Below, piece after piece: positions 1-14,200 of a DNA stretch of 64,000 nt. The notes under the pieces were generated by a model, which was given only the letters and a program-made list of their open reading frames with translations, did not search any database and was not told the DNA's origin. Source of the stretch: Lingula anatina (lineage: Eukaryota; Animalia; Brachiopoda); contig CM120642.1 in NCBI GenBank assembly GCA_051362555.1, positions 26,412,001 to 26,476,000 of the forward strand, written 5' to 3'. Made by a program: the position numbers and the translations under genes. The stretch's first letter is position 1; every line of letters begins with the position of its first letter.

Positions 1-450
1 TCATATTTCATCTATAACTGGTCTTCCTCTTCATATTTGATACTTTTGACAGAGCTTCCTAGCAGATAATCCCCAGCTATGTCACTTCTGGTGTTTACTG
101 AAGTAAGATAATGTTGTTGTCAGCCAAATGAGTTTTGTGACTAAAAGCATTGACCTGTTCTCTAGCTGCAGAAGCTTTTTTTCTGAGGTACTTTTCTGAT
201 TATTACTATGGCAAATATATCAATTCCTCTCGAAGTTCAGATGATGCTCAGGAAAAAATCCTCTATTTTTACCCAAAAAACAAAATTACATAAAAAGTCT
301 TTAAAATGCCTTCATTTTCCATTTTCAATTTGCTGTATCCAATCTTCAAAGTTGTAATTGCGAGATTCCAGATGATGCTCAAATAAAATAATTTTTGTTT
401 CTCCTACCAATCCCTTTGATTCACAAAGCACGCTGTCTGAAACACCTTAC

Positions 451-2739
451 ATACTCCACTCCTAATCATGCAAAAAGTAATTTCCAAATTCTCAAGATCC
501 TGCTGCTTTTGGTCTTGCCCTCGTAGATTCCAATGCCAGTCTGCGGAGTGAGCTAACATTACCTCAAGTTATACTTTCATATTTTTTCTGTCAAACCCAC
601 GGAGTTAATGTTTCTAGTTAATGTTTCCCCTGCCAGACTCAAATGTTTCCTCTGTCAAGCTAAATCATCTGTTCTAGTTGTTAACCACAAGCTGGCCCCA
701 AGCTTAAAAGTGTACTTGATGTGTTCACTTCATACTGCCACGTGGGGGACCTGTTTATGCTGGTCCTCTTGTGTGCGTGCATGGAGGCAACGCATGATGC
801 ACGCTCTCTGGTGCGATCATGTAAGTATATTAAATGCTAACCATCAGTTTGAAATAATCAGCTTTGACTTTTTGAAATATGTACTAAATATTACTGATTT
901 TGATGGTTGTTTTCAGTTACTCAGTATGTATCTGAAGTAAAAATCATACAAACCTCATCTTGCTTGTAGAAACAACAAAAATTTTCTATAAAAATAATCA
1001 CTGTAGATTTGCAGTCCAATGATATTCAAGTCTCCTTTGTACTTAAAACAGAAATTCACCATTTGTCAAGATTGCCTCCCATCTCTCGCAAAATTAAATC
1101 TTTTTCAGAAATTAGGTACGTGGATACTGTGACATTATTTAATCCTTTGTGGCAGGTGCTCATAGTTCCAATAAGCATAGCTAACCACCTGCCACTGCCA
1201 ACACTAACTCTCAGCTTTTAAAATCTTTTTAAAGAAATAAAGTATCAGGTCTGTATGACGCGTTGTGCTTGGCTGCCACTTTGTAGACGGTAACATGTTA
1301 CCATTTTTGTGCACGTGATGGTATGTGCCATATACTCTTTAGCAATTTTCCATTGAGATATCTATAAGTGCACATATGAATTGAAATCGTAGACCTGCGG
1401 ATAAGAACCCAAGTAAAATGAACTCATCCTTGTTTTCGCCATCTATCATTTTCTTTCCTTTTCATCATGTCTGTATCACTGAGGTTTTGACTCTGCTATT
1501 TATTACTTATTTAACATCACCAACAGGGCAATAAAACTGTAACTTTAAACACAACCCCAGAGTAAACAAGTCAAATTTTACATAATACTCATGTCAAAAA
1601 GAGTTTGCAAAATACCTGCAACTCTGACCCAAGGTTAAAAAACATTGGTTGCTTAGCAACTGAAGTATAAACATAATCTAATCTCTTAGCAGGGGGCACC
1701 CTGTAGTCACCCTGTAGATTACATTACCAAAGCAGTAAAACATGATACATGTTCACCTGATTTGACACTGGTATTTTGAATTGAATTAGAGGCCTGTAAA
1801 CCAATGATTATATTTTTCTGCGATCATCAAAGCATTACTATTACTAAGTTTTCATTTTTTGTATTCGAATTCAGAATATATGGTAAGAGTTCAAAAGAGT
1901 GAAAATTATACTTGATTTTTTCTAAATCAAAAAGGGACTAAATTACTATTCAATAATTGGGGTCAATTTCATAACCATGCAATGAAGCAAACTGACAAAT
2001 ATGTCAAAAAAACTTTCAAAATTTACAGCACACTTGTATTAATAAGTGAATGTGTCATTTTTTCTGTGTACATGTACAATAATACAGCCTGCTGTATACA
2101 TTTAAGTACTTACAAGATCACATTCCACCCTGTAAACCATCCCTGATTTTTCCATACAATATCATATTTCTTTTTACACCATCACAGACTACAAACACTA
2201 AAACTCATGTATCAAATGATGGATGACACATGATCTTATCAGTGATGTCACTGGTGTCATCTTACAATGTACCACTACCATTATTTTAATGTCACAGTGT
2301 CAACTCTGGGTTGAAGGTAGTATACGTAATCAATATTTAGCCATTTGAATGCTAAACATGTATATTTTTTGGGGGGAGACCAGTAGTTATTTGGGGGTCT
2401 TCTAGTATAAAGGTCCAGTGGATTGAAAGGTTAAAGGCAAAGACTGCTTTAATGCAGGGGCGAAGCCAAAGATGTTTTCTGACAGTCTTCCAAATTATCT
2501 TTGTTGATCCATCTTCCATTTTTGACTGTCTTCTGACAGAAAAAATTAGAAACCCATCGATGTAAACTTTTAAAAACTTCTTTGGAAGACCCAGAAGATG
2601 GCCTCAATCTGCTTCTGTAGTAAGAGAGCTAATTTATTAAGCATACTAAAAGTTTCTTACCTCCAGTGTCCTGAGCATCGTCTCGCAGTATACCGTTGTC
2701 ATCTACATCTAAGTTATGTGCTGCCGCAGCATCTGTCAT
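451..2739 (-). CDS. Possible 5' exons of an unidentified gene running off the left edge (exons 2661-2739 and 451-540)
   Basis: Exon 2661-2788 has a polypyrimidine/TAGTAG acceptor and a GAG|gtaag donor and encodes MTDAAAAHNLDVDDNGILRDDAQDTG (ends phase 1). A 90-nt exon 451-540 (cgcag|...TAT|gtaag) continues in frame as DWHWNLRGQDQKQQDLENLEITFCMIRSGV. No homology recognised. Confidence 0.3.
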
Positions 2740-3002
2740 ATTAACAAGGCAACATGGACTATTGTATTGCGCGTGTACATCAGTTCTACTAAAATAAAAA
2801 GAAAGTGTACATATTAAAACCTTACCACCATATCCATTATTCCATGAGGGTGTTTACCATTAGCAATCAATATAATAGGTGCTACAATCAGTATGACTTA
2901 ATTGCACCACTTTTTTTCCCCTCTCCACATTGTATTTACTGGTTTTATCTAATATTTTTGTAAGTACTGTAAAACTACATTCTAACGTAAAGTAAACACT
3001 AA

Positions 3003-3189
3003 GGCTTCGTTCACATGCAATGTCTATTTTCTAAATTCTATTTTCTATTTGCGGTATGTCTTATGATCACGGTCTGTGGCCTGAATATCCCGCGGCGTAA
3101 TTTCTGGCAGCGCGAGCCAGTTACTATAAGTTACTATAAGAAAATAGAAAATAGAAATTAGAAAATAGATATTGCATGTGAACGAAGCC
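3003..3189. mobile_element. Tourist-like (PIF/Harbinger) MITE, 187 bp
   Basis: ~48 bp terminal inverted repeats (GGCTTCGTTCACATGCAATGTCTATTTTCTAAATTCTATTTTCTATTT vs reverse complement of the right end, 2 mismatches). TAA target-site duplication at 3000-3002 and 3190-3192. Confidence 0.85.
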
Positions 3190-4582
3190 TAAGACTAACT
3201 CAATACAGGGACAACAGCATTTCGACTGGTAGTATTTTTGTTGTTACTGCCTTCATTAAATAACAGATAAAGAAAAGAAAATACTTATGTGAAATGCAAT
3301 TTGAAGACAAAGCAATGCAAACGTTTTTGACATTTACAAGTTGCACTGATGCAGACTGTTTGACACAAGATTAGACCCCCCCCCCAAAAAAAACACGTTT
3401 TAACTGCACAATTGCACCATTCTCACATAGAATATATCAAAACTATTACGCCATATAATGACACAAATATTAACGTTTTAATACGTAGTGAGCATGTTTC
3501 TAGAACAGATAAACAGTTCGATTTGAACTGAACTTCGGAATTGGGATCCCAAGTTGTGTTGCAATGCTTGTCTTTTTGCAACTAATGAAAAGAGAAGACC
3601 CAATTTACCCAGTTTCATATCCCGATGAAGTATACAAATATGATTTTTTCTACAAGTTAGTAGGCTACATTAAGCTGTCAATACATGTAATTTTGAGTAT
3701 AACGGATATTTTACCTGCCATAACTGCACCGATACTAATCCGCTTGTTGAACATGGAGATCCGAAGCTTTGGGTGCGTAGGAAATCAGGATCGGCATTGT
3801 TTGGATGTGCGGAACAAGACAAAAGAATAAACACTGAACACCTTCGTTGCACGAAATTAATAAACAGGCCTACTACAAAATATAGGTCAAGGATACAAGT
3901 CGCACTTCAGCAGCAAAAACACTAATACCCACTGGAACTTTTAAAGTGCTAACTTTAGTATTCAATACATCCGCGAGGTGTCTCACTTGTCCGGTCAGAT
4001 AAAACACAATTTGCGAATACCTGCCGGAATCTAGATGTGCTTGCGCTGTGAACATACCTCAATTGAATAAATCTATAAGGAGAGGGGTCGCTTGAGTTTA
4101 ACCCTATTTTCCCAATATAAATTATAATTTGTTGATTCCCCAACTATATATTGAAAAAAATTTACTTTATTTGCCTGTTTATATTAGTTTCCCTTTCGTC
4201 TTTCAAATCAGAACCAAGTTGTAGGCCAAATTTAAAAATAAAGCCATTTTCTTTTATCTTAATTATTTTTATTAGTTAATTTAACTTTTGAAATAATAAT
4301 TATTATTTTATTATTATTTTTTGTCCCAAACCATTGTCGCAGTCAGCCTTTGTCAAGGTAATCCGAAAAGTCGGTGACAAGTCCACCTTTTAGCTATATT
4401 TTCAGCTATAATCTAATAGAAATACTTTGTATATATGTATATGGTGTGATGAGTTTTATCCAGCGAGTGTGGTTGTTGTATGGTGACGTTTGCTTGGTTG
4501 CTCAATCATCGTGTATAGTTGTTTTATTTTATTAAAATAGAAACATCAGTGGTATCCTAACACGAGGGTGTCGCGGCACTGC

Positions 4583-4592
4583 ATGACGTCAT
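4583..4592. promoter_or_regulatory. Palindromic CRE/ATF site ATGACGTCAT in a CpG-rich patch; candidate promoter of the left-edge minus-strand gene
   Basis: Perfect TGACGTCA in a locally CpG-rich segment between the receptor 3' end and the left gene. Function is inferred. Confidence 0.35.
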
Positions 4593-5591
4593 ACGAGACT
4601 GTAAAACTTGTGAGAATCCGCGTAAATTGGAGCGAAACTTTTATCAATAAGTCTTCACCGGGAATATAATCCTATTTAAAAAAGCAATACAAATCTAAGT
4701 GATGAATTCGCACTGTTGTGCAACAAATTGTAATGGGAGAGGACTTGGTGACAACAACAGAAAAATACCCGTGGATAAAAACTGTCAGCGTGTGTTCGTT
4801 GCCGCACCGCACTCGCCAGACTAGCTATTCTTCCATTTATCGGGGTGTATTGCGAGACTGGGCCATCTCAGATGATTTTTATTGGTTCCATATGCTGAGC
4901 ACGGTGATAGTTAACCTTTATTGAACAGTAAATAATTAAAAATGGAAATGGGGCAGTAGGCCTACCCCCCTCCCTCCCTCACCAAGAATTTTGAAAAATA
5001 ATTTTTTGGGAGCATCTTAATAAAATAACCCTACAGTGAGTGCAAATGTGAAGTTCAACTGCTGCATTCCAAAGCATTTTTTCTCAGCAATCAGTTACAA
5101 TTATCTCATTATTATGGAGTTTAGAAAATGAAGACGACTACAAGAGGTTAACGATAAGACCAGTCTGAAAGAGACATTGGGAACAGAGTAACGTATGCAC
5201 ACATAATTCAAAAAGAAAATGTATCTTGAAAATTGCGACATTAAATATGGTTTTCTATTTATTTGCATTAAAAGCATTTTATGTAACCCCTTTATTTCGC
5301 ACCACATATACACAAAAGTGTATTAAAATGTTCCGTTTCCTTTGGAAAATATCCTGAATATCTTATCATGCATCATTTACAGATCTGTTGTGCTATATTT
5401 TACAAAGTTTGTAAATCATACTGTATAGAGGAACTGAATTGCAAAGTGAGCTTGTAGCAAAGGCAAGACTGTGCGAAGAATATAATAACATCTTGTTCAA
5501 GACACTGTTCAAGCCCCATGCCTTGCCACCTATCCGTATCCTATACAAATTGGCTCATCGTGTCTTTACTTAAAGAAAATGAAAACACTTT

Positions 5592-6323
5592 CTATACACG
5601 TGTTTTCGCCTTGCATATAAACGGCAGCTCTTCAAGGCACGACCTGTCGTACCAAGTTTTACTTGGCTCCGTTGTCATAGCAGCACAGCGTTCACCAGTG
5701 GAGCTAGGGTCCGGCTGGAAATCCAGGACGGCCCAATTGTCGTAATATCCCATGGAGCCGTCTACCCAGTCCCACTGACCCATAGTTTGAATAGTGTTAT
5801 AACCAATGTATACATGTGTGTCTGGAGCAGTGTTATTTCTGTAAGGAAAGAGAAATACACATAAAGAATAACTTTTGAAAACGTTATTAAAGGCGTACAA
5901 TGAGAGTTAAACCCTTACATTGACAAAACATGAATTTTTCAGGAAATTTTCAGTAATTTTCTCTTAATCACAAAGGTATACCCTTTCCAAAACCATTGAC
6001 AGAATTATGAGGCATATGAATCCTTTGTCGAGTGCCACAATACATACGTTTGCAACAAGGCGTTTCTGAAATTAGGCCAAAGATGTTTCAGTAAAAACTG
6101 ATAAAATACACCATGGCTTTAATCTACATTTTACGATCACATTTGATATCTTACCCCACCAGTGTGCCTACGAACTGTTGCTCCTCTTCAGACAGGATGC
6201 TCACCATATCGCCGTCATGAATTTTACAAAAAACCATTGCATCTACATAGTGCTTTGTATTATTGAAATACTTGTAACAATGTCTCTGGAATTGTCTCCA
6301 ACCCGCCTGACAACTGCTTGCCC
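5592..6323 (-). CDS. Receptor C-terminal C-type lectin domain (2 exons)
   Basis: [36 protein letters not shown] | [40 protein letters not shown], stop TAG at 5592-5594. QPD motif and WYD (WND variant). Confidence 0.93.
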
Positions 6324-8449
6324 CTGAAAGAAAAATTAGAAATCAATCATTCAAGGATCACAGGCGACTATAATTCGTTAATATAAAAAAATGACTCATT
6401 TCGTTCCACTCATTAATTTTTTTCGTTATCAGAAGATTTACCGGAAATGAAGCGTTTACCCCCTTTAACTAAGCTAATTGACATCTACATATAAAACAGT
6501 ATATCTATTACTTTACTACTAATCTGACGATAAGATGCGTAGGCGAACTATTAAACGCTGACTCGAAACCGCAGCTTCCTTGCCCAAGGTTATCTCTTCG
6601 GCAGCCAACTCACCATGAGAGGAGAGAGGAACGCCATCTGGTGAGCACTGGCTCGACATGTTTCTGGCAGGAACACACAAGCTGGCATTGGGAGAAAAGA
6701 ATTCCCCAGCGGGACATATAGTGGTTCCAACTATCCCGTTGTTGAAGCAGATCAGAAACATGGAACAGTTTCCCGGGTGAGGTCGGTACGGGTTAACGCC
6801 GTCTAGGGTTCCCGCGGGGTGGCACCAGTCCTGGGGGTACAGTGTGGTGCTCACGGGGGTTGGTGTAGTGGCTGTAGAAACGAATACAATAAAATATTTA
6901 GCAAATAGGTGTTTTAATTATTGCACTCTGCTTGCGTATATCACACGTGTTTTATAAGGAAATGAAATTGAACTGGAATGATATATCAGTTAACCTTGCT
7001 TATGCAAAGGTTGAACAATTGGTCATTAAGCCCTTCTGATCCGGCGTTTTTAATAATAATTCACTGTAAAATATTGACCATTATCATATGACAAGTTATT
7101 ATTCAAGATCGAAGGCCCAAGTTAAGTCCGAATCAAATGTTCATGTAAAAGGTATCTGGAAAATAAAAATAATAATAAACAATGTATGTATTTCAAAATT
7201 GGTATATCAAAATCTAGTGAATAATTTGCCGATAATTCCACTAACCTGATGGTGGGGCAGTGCACCTTACACCGGCATCCTGTAAATGACTACAATCCTC
7301 CATTGCCCACCCGTTATGAGAACAGTCAAAAATTGACATCTCGTCTCCATGGCAACGTACGTTGTCCAGCCACGTCACGCCACTTCCGGCTCCAAAACGT
7401 GCCCCACTGTAAACCTTTGATGCATTGCTGCGATAAACGGGAATGGATGAGAAATTGACAAATATGTCTTTATACGTCTTTATACGCCTTTACATACATT
7501 CCTGATTATGCATTTTTATTTTGAGCAAAATGGACCTTTAAGTACTAGTATATTGTAAAATATTCAAAAATCAAAACACCGTGTAATTAATTTAATTCGA
7601 GAATCACTAGTGGAGCCTTTTTTCTGTAGGGATAAATGTAGTGGGATATTAACGCGGAAAAAGCATCATCTACATGCAAAATCATTAAGGAAAGTATAAT
7701 TGTAAGGGGCGTTTAAATCCACCCCTTCGCTTTGTTTTTGTAAAGTACATCTTACCTGTAACCCAGCATTCTACAGACCACGTGAGCATCATTTATATCC
7801 CACTCGTCGTGACAAACAGTCCCCCATTGGCCCTGGTGGTACACCTCCACTCTGCCCTCCCAGGGGAAGGCACCTTGCACTAGTCTCACAGGAACCGGGG
7901 GTGGTACCGGGGTTGTGAAAAGTGCGCTGATATTGCTGCCTATAACGCAAATGCAAACGTGGGTGTCGTCATTAAACAGACGTGGGTTTAACAAAATTAT
8001 TTATAAAATGCTGAGGTTTGTATCTCTCCCAAAGTATGTCTCTTTTTTTCACGCTTCCGATAAATATTAAATGTCTTTTGATAAAGGAGCCCAGTTATCT
8101 TTTGTATTTTGCGTTCAAAATTGGGTTTCCAGTGTGAGAGTGACGACAAGCAAATGGTGGTCTTAACTGAATTACTTACCGAGCACAGGTTCTATCGTTA
8201 TGTCATCCAATGCTATGTCTGAATCTTCTGCTGTTCCAAGCCGGCCTTCAAATACCACCTTCAAACAAAAATTTGTAGATATGACGACAGTCAAATATAA
8301 AGATATAATTGTTATTTTGTCCCTTTAGTCTTCCTGCCTGTTTGTCTATTTTAATATGATAAATCATTTCTATCTTTCGTTTCTTCTTGTTCTTTTCATT
8401 CACTTAGTTGCCTTACAAAAACTCATTCACACAAGCGCGCACGCACGCT

Positions 8450-8517
<68 letters not shown>

Positions 8518-11207
8518 ACTGCTATCACTACAAAAATGCCGGCATGTAAGGGAATTTAAGTCACACTCACGTAACTATTTTCCGTCCCGTTGACTACTAC
8601 AGATCCACGCAGCCATACGTTGCCGTGGTTTCCGCTGGCGCTCCACACGTTCCCACGCTTGGTGCCGTTCACCTCTACGTAGACGCTTAAGCTCCCTACA
8701 TTTTCGCCGAACAAATGGTACCAAAACGTCACAGCATACGTCACGTTTTTACGTAACTTTGGAGAAATGAGTCTTGCGCTGTCATTGAAGTGGTTGTTGC
8801 TTGCCTCGAGATACACGTAAATACCTGTTAAGGCAAAACGAAAAAGTTTAATTAAATAGTGACGCTTCTGGGGTATGCACAACGAGAACACACTTTCCCA
8901 TAATCTGCTGGTTTTAACTTGAACCCAAGATGAACGTGAACATGATATAAATGGAAATGCTGGCTATGTCAACATAGCAACAACATCGTGGATACTGTCT
9001 GTTGGTGTATGTAAACAAAAATATCAACAAACTTAATTCAATCATTGTAAACGGTACAAGTGAAACTTCAAGAAAATGTACCTGCAAATTTATCGGACAT
9101 AAAACTAATTTCAATTGGTGCATTTATTACATTAATTAAACCCAAAACATAAATGGTGAAAAACATACAGAATTTTCGTAGTTTTCTAGAATTATTTTCA
9201 AACATCCGCTTTACCAGGGACGAATATATAAACTAGTGTTTAGACAGTGCTTAAGATGCAGATTGATGATTGATGAGAATGGTGCCAATACTGTCCAAAA
9301 ATTACCTTGGACAGTGCCCAGGGTATGGTCACTCTCCGGCCCTGTCCTTGGAGTAAGGGTATTGCCCCTATTGAAGGTAAACAACTGCGCAGCGTCCAAA
9401 TCTTGTACAAAATCGCACAGCCCATGTTCAAACGTACAGGAGATTTTGGAGAATTCTTTTTCTGAAGAAAAGAGAAAACAAAAACGATATTAGGAACATG
9501 TTTCAAAACTGTTTTTTTAAATAGTTTAAATATAGACTGTGGCATGGTAGATTTTTTGTAACTAAAATAACGCAAACTTGTAAAAAATTTGTAATAATGA
9601 AAGAATAAATAACTTTAAATCCTTTTAAATTAAAATTTTGACGGAAAGTCCATGTCAACTGACTTGTGTTTCCAATTTTAAGAAAACGTAAATCTGATGC
9701 TGCCCTACCTTTTTGCGGATGTATATTGATGTCGTCAAGTGCTATATCTGACAAATAACCATTTCCGCGAACACTCTCAAAGATAACCTAAAATATGTAC
9801 AATTTTACGATTTGCGTCACAATACATTGATACGGACGCCAATTCATATAAGCGCACTGCCCTGTAATGCGTAACTGTCAAAGAGTCTTTGTAAAATATG
9901 AATACGGAAAGATCGTCATAGAAGCTAATGTAGACCACAAAAGTATGTCAAACTTGTATTTGTTTTGATATCAGAATGTATTAATTGAATAAATAAAACG
10001 GGATACTAGAATATAAGATCACTGGCATTTACCACACAACATGTGCAGTATAAATATAGAAAGTAAAGTTCAACATATATTCTAACTCATTCCACCGCAC
10101 TATATATTTGGATAATTTCAAATGTTGTATCTACCTTAAATTTTGATTTCGTGTGGATGAGAAAATGTCCCAAAATCCACTCGTGCCCAAGGCTACCACT
10201 GTGTTTCCATAGCAACAAATCGTTCGTCCTGTTGGAGTCAATAAGCCGCAGGAAGACCCTGAGTGCCCCGACGTGTCTTCCGAACATGGTAACCCAGAAG
10301 GATACATTGTACGTCCCGTGATTCCCAGGGTTGATGGTGGGTGACGCTATTTTGGCCTTTAAGCCAGAGAGAACATTGCTTCCCTCAGTGTATATATAAT
10401 GTCCTGGATTGAAAAAGAAAATTGTTACTTTGAAAAAAGTTCCAATTAAAACCACACCAAGTCTGACAATTATAGATAAAAAAATAACCATTGTTCATTG
10501 TATTTATTACTAGGCTCAAACCTACTAGCCACCAAAACGTACTGGGGGCATATAATATTGTATCGACCTTCTGCTTCAAAAGAAAGCCTGGAACTAGAGA
10601 CGGGTGGCTTTCAAGAGAATTAATCTATAGCAGCTAACACGATTTAGATTACAACAGTGGGTCGAAAAAAAAAACAGATGGCTTTTATACTTTGATTTTA
10701 CATACCGTTTGTATTACCAAGCGTGTGATCTCTAGTCGGTCCAGTATATCCTGTGGGAGTGCGGCCCTTATATCGCGTCCAGTTGTAGGCGTATGGGGTG
10801 TAGTTTGGGGTGAAATCCACGAAGCCGCAGAGACCTTCCTCAAATGTGCAGTTCATACTGCTCACACCCATTTTAAAGGATTCTGAAAGAAAATTGTGAA
10901 ACCAAAAATTCTTAATATCTTCTAAATTTATACATGTATATCCCTTATCAATGTTCCGTCAGGTTTTACGTTAGATTTTCAAAGAGTTGTGCGTAATTGA
11001 TGTTCTAATGTGTCTTATTAATGGCCTTTTCATATTCCCCATGTCTTACCCGTATCTCTCTCTCTCTCTCTGTGTGCGTGTGTGTGTGTTTCCACCCCAA
11101 CAATCGCAAAAAATCAAGTTTTACATTATCTCCAAAAGCTTGTGTATAACAATTATTCTGGTGGGTCATGTTAACGACCGTAACTATTTCCCATGCCTTA
11201 CCCATAA

Positions 11208-11245
<38 letters not shown>

Positions 11246-14200
11246 CCACTCCTTGCACTAGTACAGCATCAGGTTTAACATAAGATTTCCAACCAGTAAA
11301 TTCTCTCTCTCTCGGTCCCTCACCTGGTACTTTACAGCGGACACCAGCATCCTCGTCGTGGGTGCAGAGCGGGAGACGACCCCAGCCACTGTGGTGACAG
11401 TGTTCAAGTGACCCTTCGTGTCCCAGACAGTCCACGTTGTCCAACCAAATTCGACCAGAACCGGTGCCAAAGTACGCTTTGGGGTATGCAAACTCGGCAT
11501 CACTTTTAGAAATTGAAATGATTTTCAAATAAGGAATTTTAATTGCATTGGCTAACAGATTCAATAATACCGCAAACAGTAAGGGTATATGAGGATATGG
11601 GGCAGCTGGATAACGAAGGAATTAAATTTTGTGATTTTAACAAGCCCAAAAAACCCTTCGTTGATGATGGTATCTAACGTTTTGTAAATATTATGTTCTA
11701 TTGCCACACGCACTTCTATAGTAGGTATCAGTGCTCATTGTTTAGACTTTTAAGTCTTAAATTTTAATTCTACTTTTCTATTTTGAAAGTTTTAAATTGT
11801 TAAAAATTATTCAGTCTAAGGAACATTAATCCACACTTAACGTGATTTTTATGGCAAATACGATTACCTGTAGCCCAACATCCTACAAGCCACTGTAGCG
11901 TCTGTGATGTCCCAACCGTCGTCACATATCGTACCCCATACTCCGCCGTGGTAGACCTCTACTCTGCCTTCCCATGGATCTAAACCGCCAGAGAGGCGAA
12001 TTGACTCCGCATTCAACATCTTACCAAAGTCACCTAGAATTTTTTGAGAAAAATTGAAAAAAGGGGCATAGAACATAAGAATATTCTTCATAAACCGATC
12101 TTCGGGTTTGAAGTACTAGATTTGTATAAGCGTATTGATTCGGCGTTCGGAATTACATTAACGCTGTCCTGGAAATATGTGAAGAAAGTACCAAGGCATT
12201 CTGGGTCCTTAACAGCGCTATCCTAAATGCTAAATGCCTGCTGTCCTCAGCATAACATTCCATAGGATAACAATATAAAGCTCCGGATAGTATTATCCGT
12301 AGGATAGCGCTATCCAGTGTTGTTTGAACTGGGCCCTGAACGTTATTGCCTCTAAATGGCTATGGCATGTGCAGCATTGCCAGTTACATATGGAGACAAC
12401 GAATGCACTTCTGCTTTGAGAGAAAAATACAAAGAATTCGAGTAAGTTGTAACCGTTCACCATTTTTAAGTTCAGTGAAAAATCAAGTGGTCTTTCAAAT
12501 CAAGAAGTTATAAAGAGTCTCTTTACAACTTCTTGTTCCAATGAATGTTTGCAGGGAGACCGTTATCAAAGGAATGGAGCGATGGTCCGTAAAAAAAGGA
12601 ACTAGTGAGGACAAAAGAAAATTGTTATTTGAACCTTGTGTACTCAGATCACTCTCTTGTCTCTTCTAACCAAATAACCATGCCGATTGATATACTGCTT
12701 TACTCAAAACGCGTTTTAAATTTTATTCATGTCTAAAACATTTGGAAATTCAAATCATCAGAATTCAAGTCTTACCTTCGTTGTCAGATATAAATACGTC
12801 ATCCAGTGCCAGCCCTGGCCTAACTGTTCCCGTAAAGTTACTACTGTGAATAGAACCTTCAAATACAACCTGAAAAAAAAAGAAGCACATCAGTGTATTT
12901 TTCAATACTATTATGTGAATCAAAAATAGAGCTTTAGAGGATTAAAAATACAAATACAAAAATATTACTAAGGCGAGAACAAGTAAAATAGGCTCCTCCG
13001 TAGATCTAAAATAATCAATTAAATTATCCATCTATTACAAAATTTCATTGATAAATTTATACATTTTTTACAGGCAGACATAGCAATGGAAGTAAAGAAA
13101 AGAGAAAGTATTTACTCTAATGACGCCTCCTACAGTATTAAATCATGGACTGGATCTTAATGTTGCAGTATTTTACGCAATCTAGGAGAAAATGGTTCAC
13201 TGGTTTTTTACAGAAAATTACTGAATGCATAGACTAACCTTAAAATCATTACTTATCGTCTCGTTCAGATAATGAAAGCGCCAATCCGTTCCTCCACGTT
13301 TAGTCGTGAATTCCCACAATTTCTTTTCGATATTCCCATCGACCAACAGGTAGACAGCTAGAGACGCCTGGCGAGCGGTTTGGCCATTATTCATATAGAA
13401 CCAGAAGGATATGGAATATTGTTTCGTGCTGTTGTTTTTGATGGTCGGGGTACTAATGCGACCTTTGTCTCCAGGCACAGCATTTGCTGATTCTAGATAA
13501 ATATAATAACCTGCAAAAGATGGTACAAGTTTAAATTGTTTTCAATGATTAAAGAGCAAATTACATGGTCTTACATGTAACTTATCGTGTTTACAATTAA
13601 CGCAATTATATAAAACATGTTGCTGTCGTCATTAAACAAGTTAAGATTGCAAACAGATATGTTGTACCCTTGAAACCGTTGCAACATGAAACACCATCAC
13701 AAAAGTTTAATTTATCTTTTAATTCAATATCAAATTTTAATGAAATTAATCTATTTTAGAACACATTTATTGAAAGTACATGCATGTTCACACATGCATT
13801 TCGGGCAGGAATGATGCTCTAGCCTGCCGTTATATAATGTTTTATTATTCTTATCATGGTTTCTAGTTCTGATTGTACATAATCACTGCTTCACTGCTTA
13901 AGTGCCCATTTATTATTGATTCTGTTCCATTCTGTTCTCCTCTGCTCTGTTCTTTTCTATTCCATCCCATTCAACTATATTTCATTCTATTCTATCGCCA
14001 CATTCTGTACACGTTTGGTACAGCAAATAAAATGAATAAGAAATAAGAATAAGAAATCAATCAACATATTACATACCTGACACCGTGCCCAGGGTGTGGT
14101 CAATGACAGGGTCGGTTTGTACCGCTGTGGAACCACCCGGATGTAAGGCCCAGTCAATGACGTCATCATCATCCTGACTGAAGTCGCACATTCCGTTCTC

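Noticed and set aside
4900-5591. Trypsin-like protease domain expected if the receptor were a type II transmembrane serine protease
   Set aside because: The ORF stops after the lectin domain; no IVGG, TAAHC or GDSGGP motifs seen downstream.
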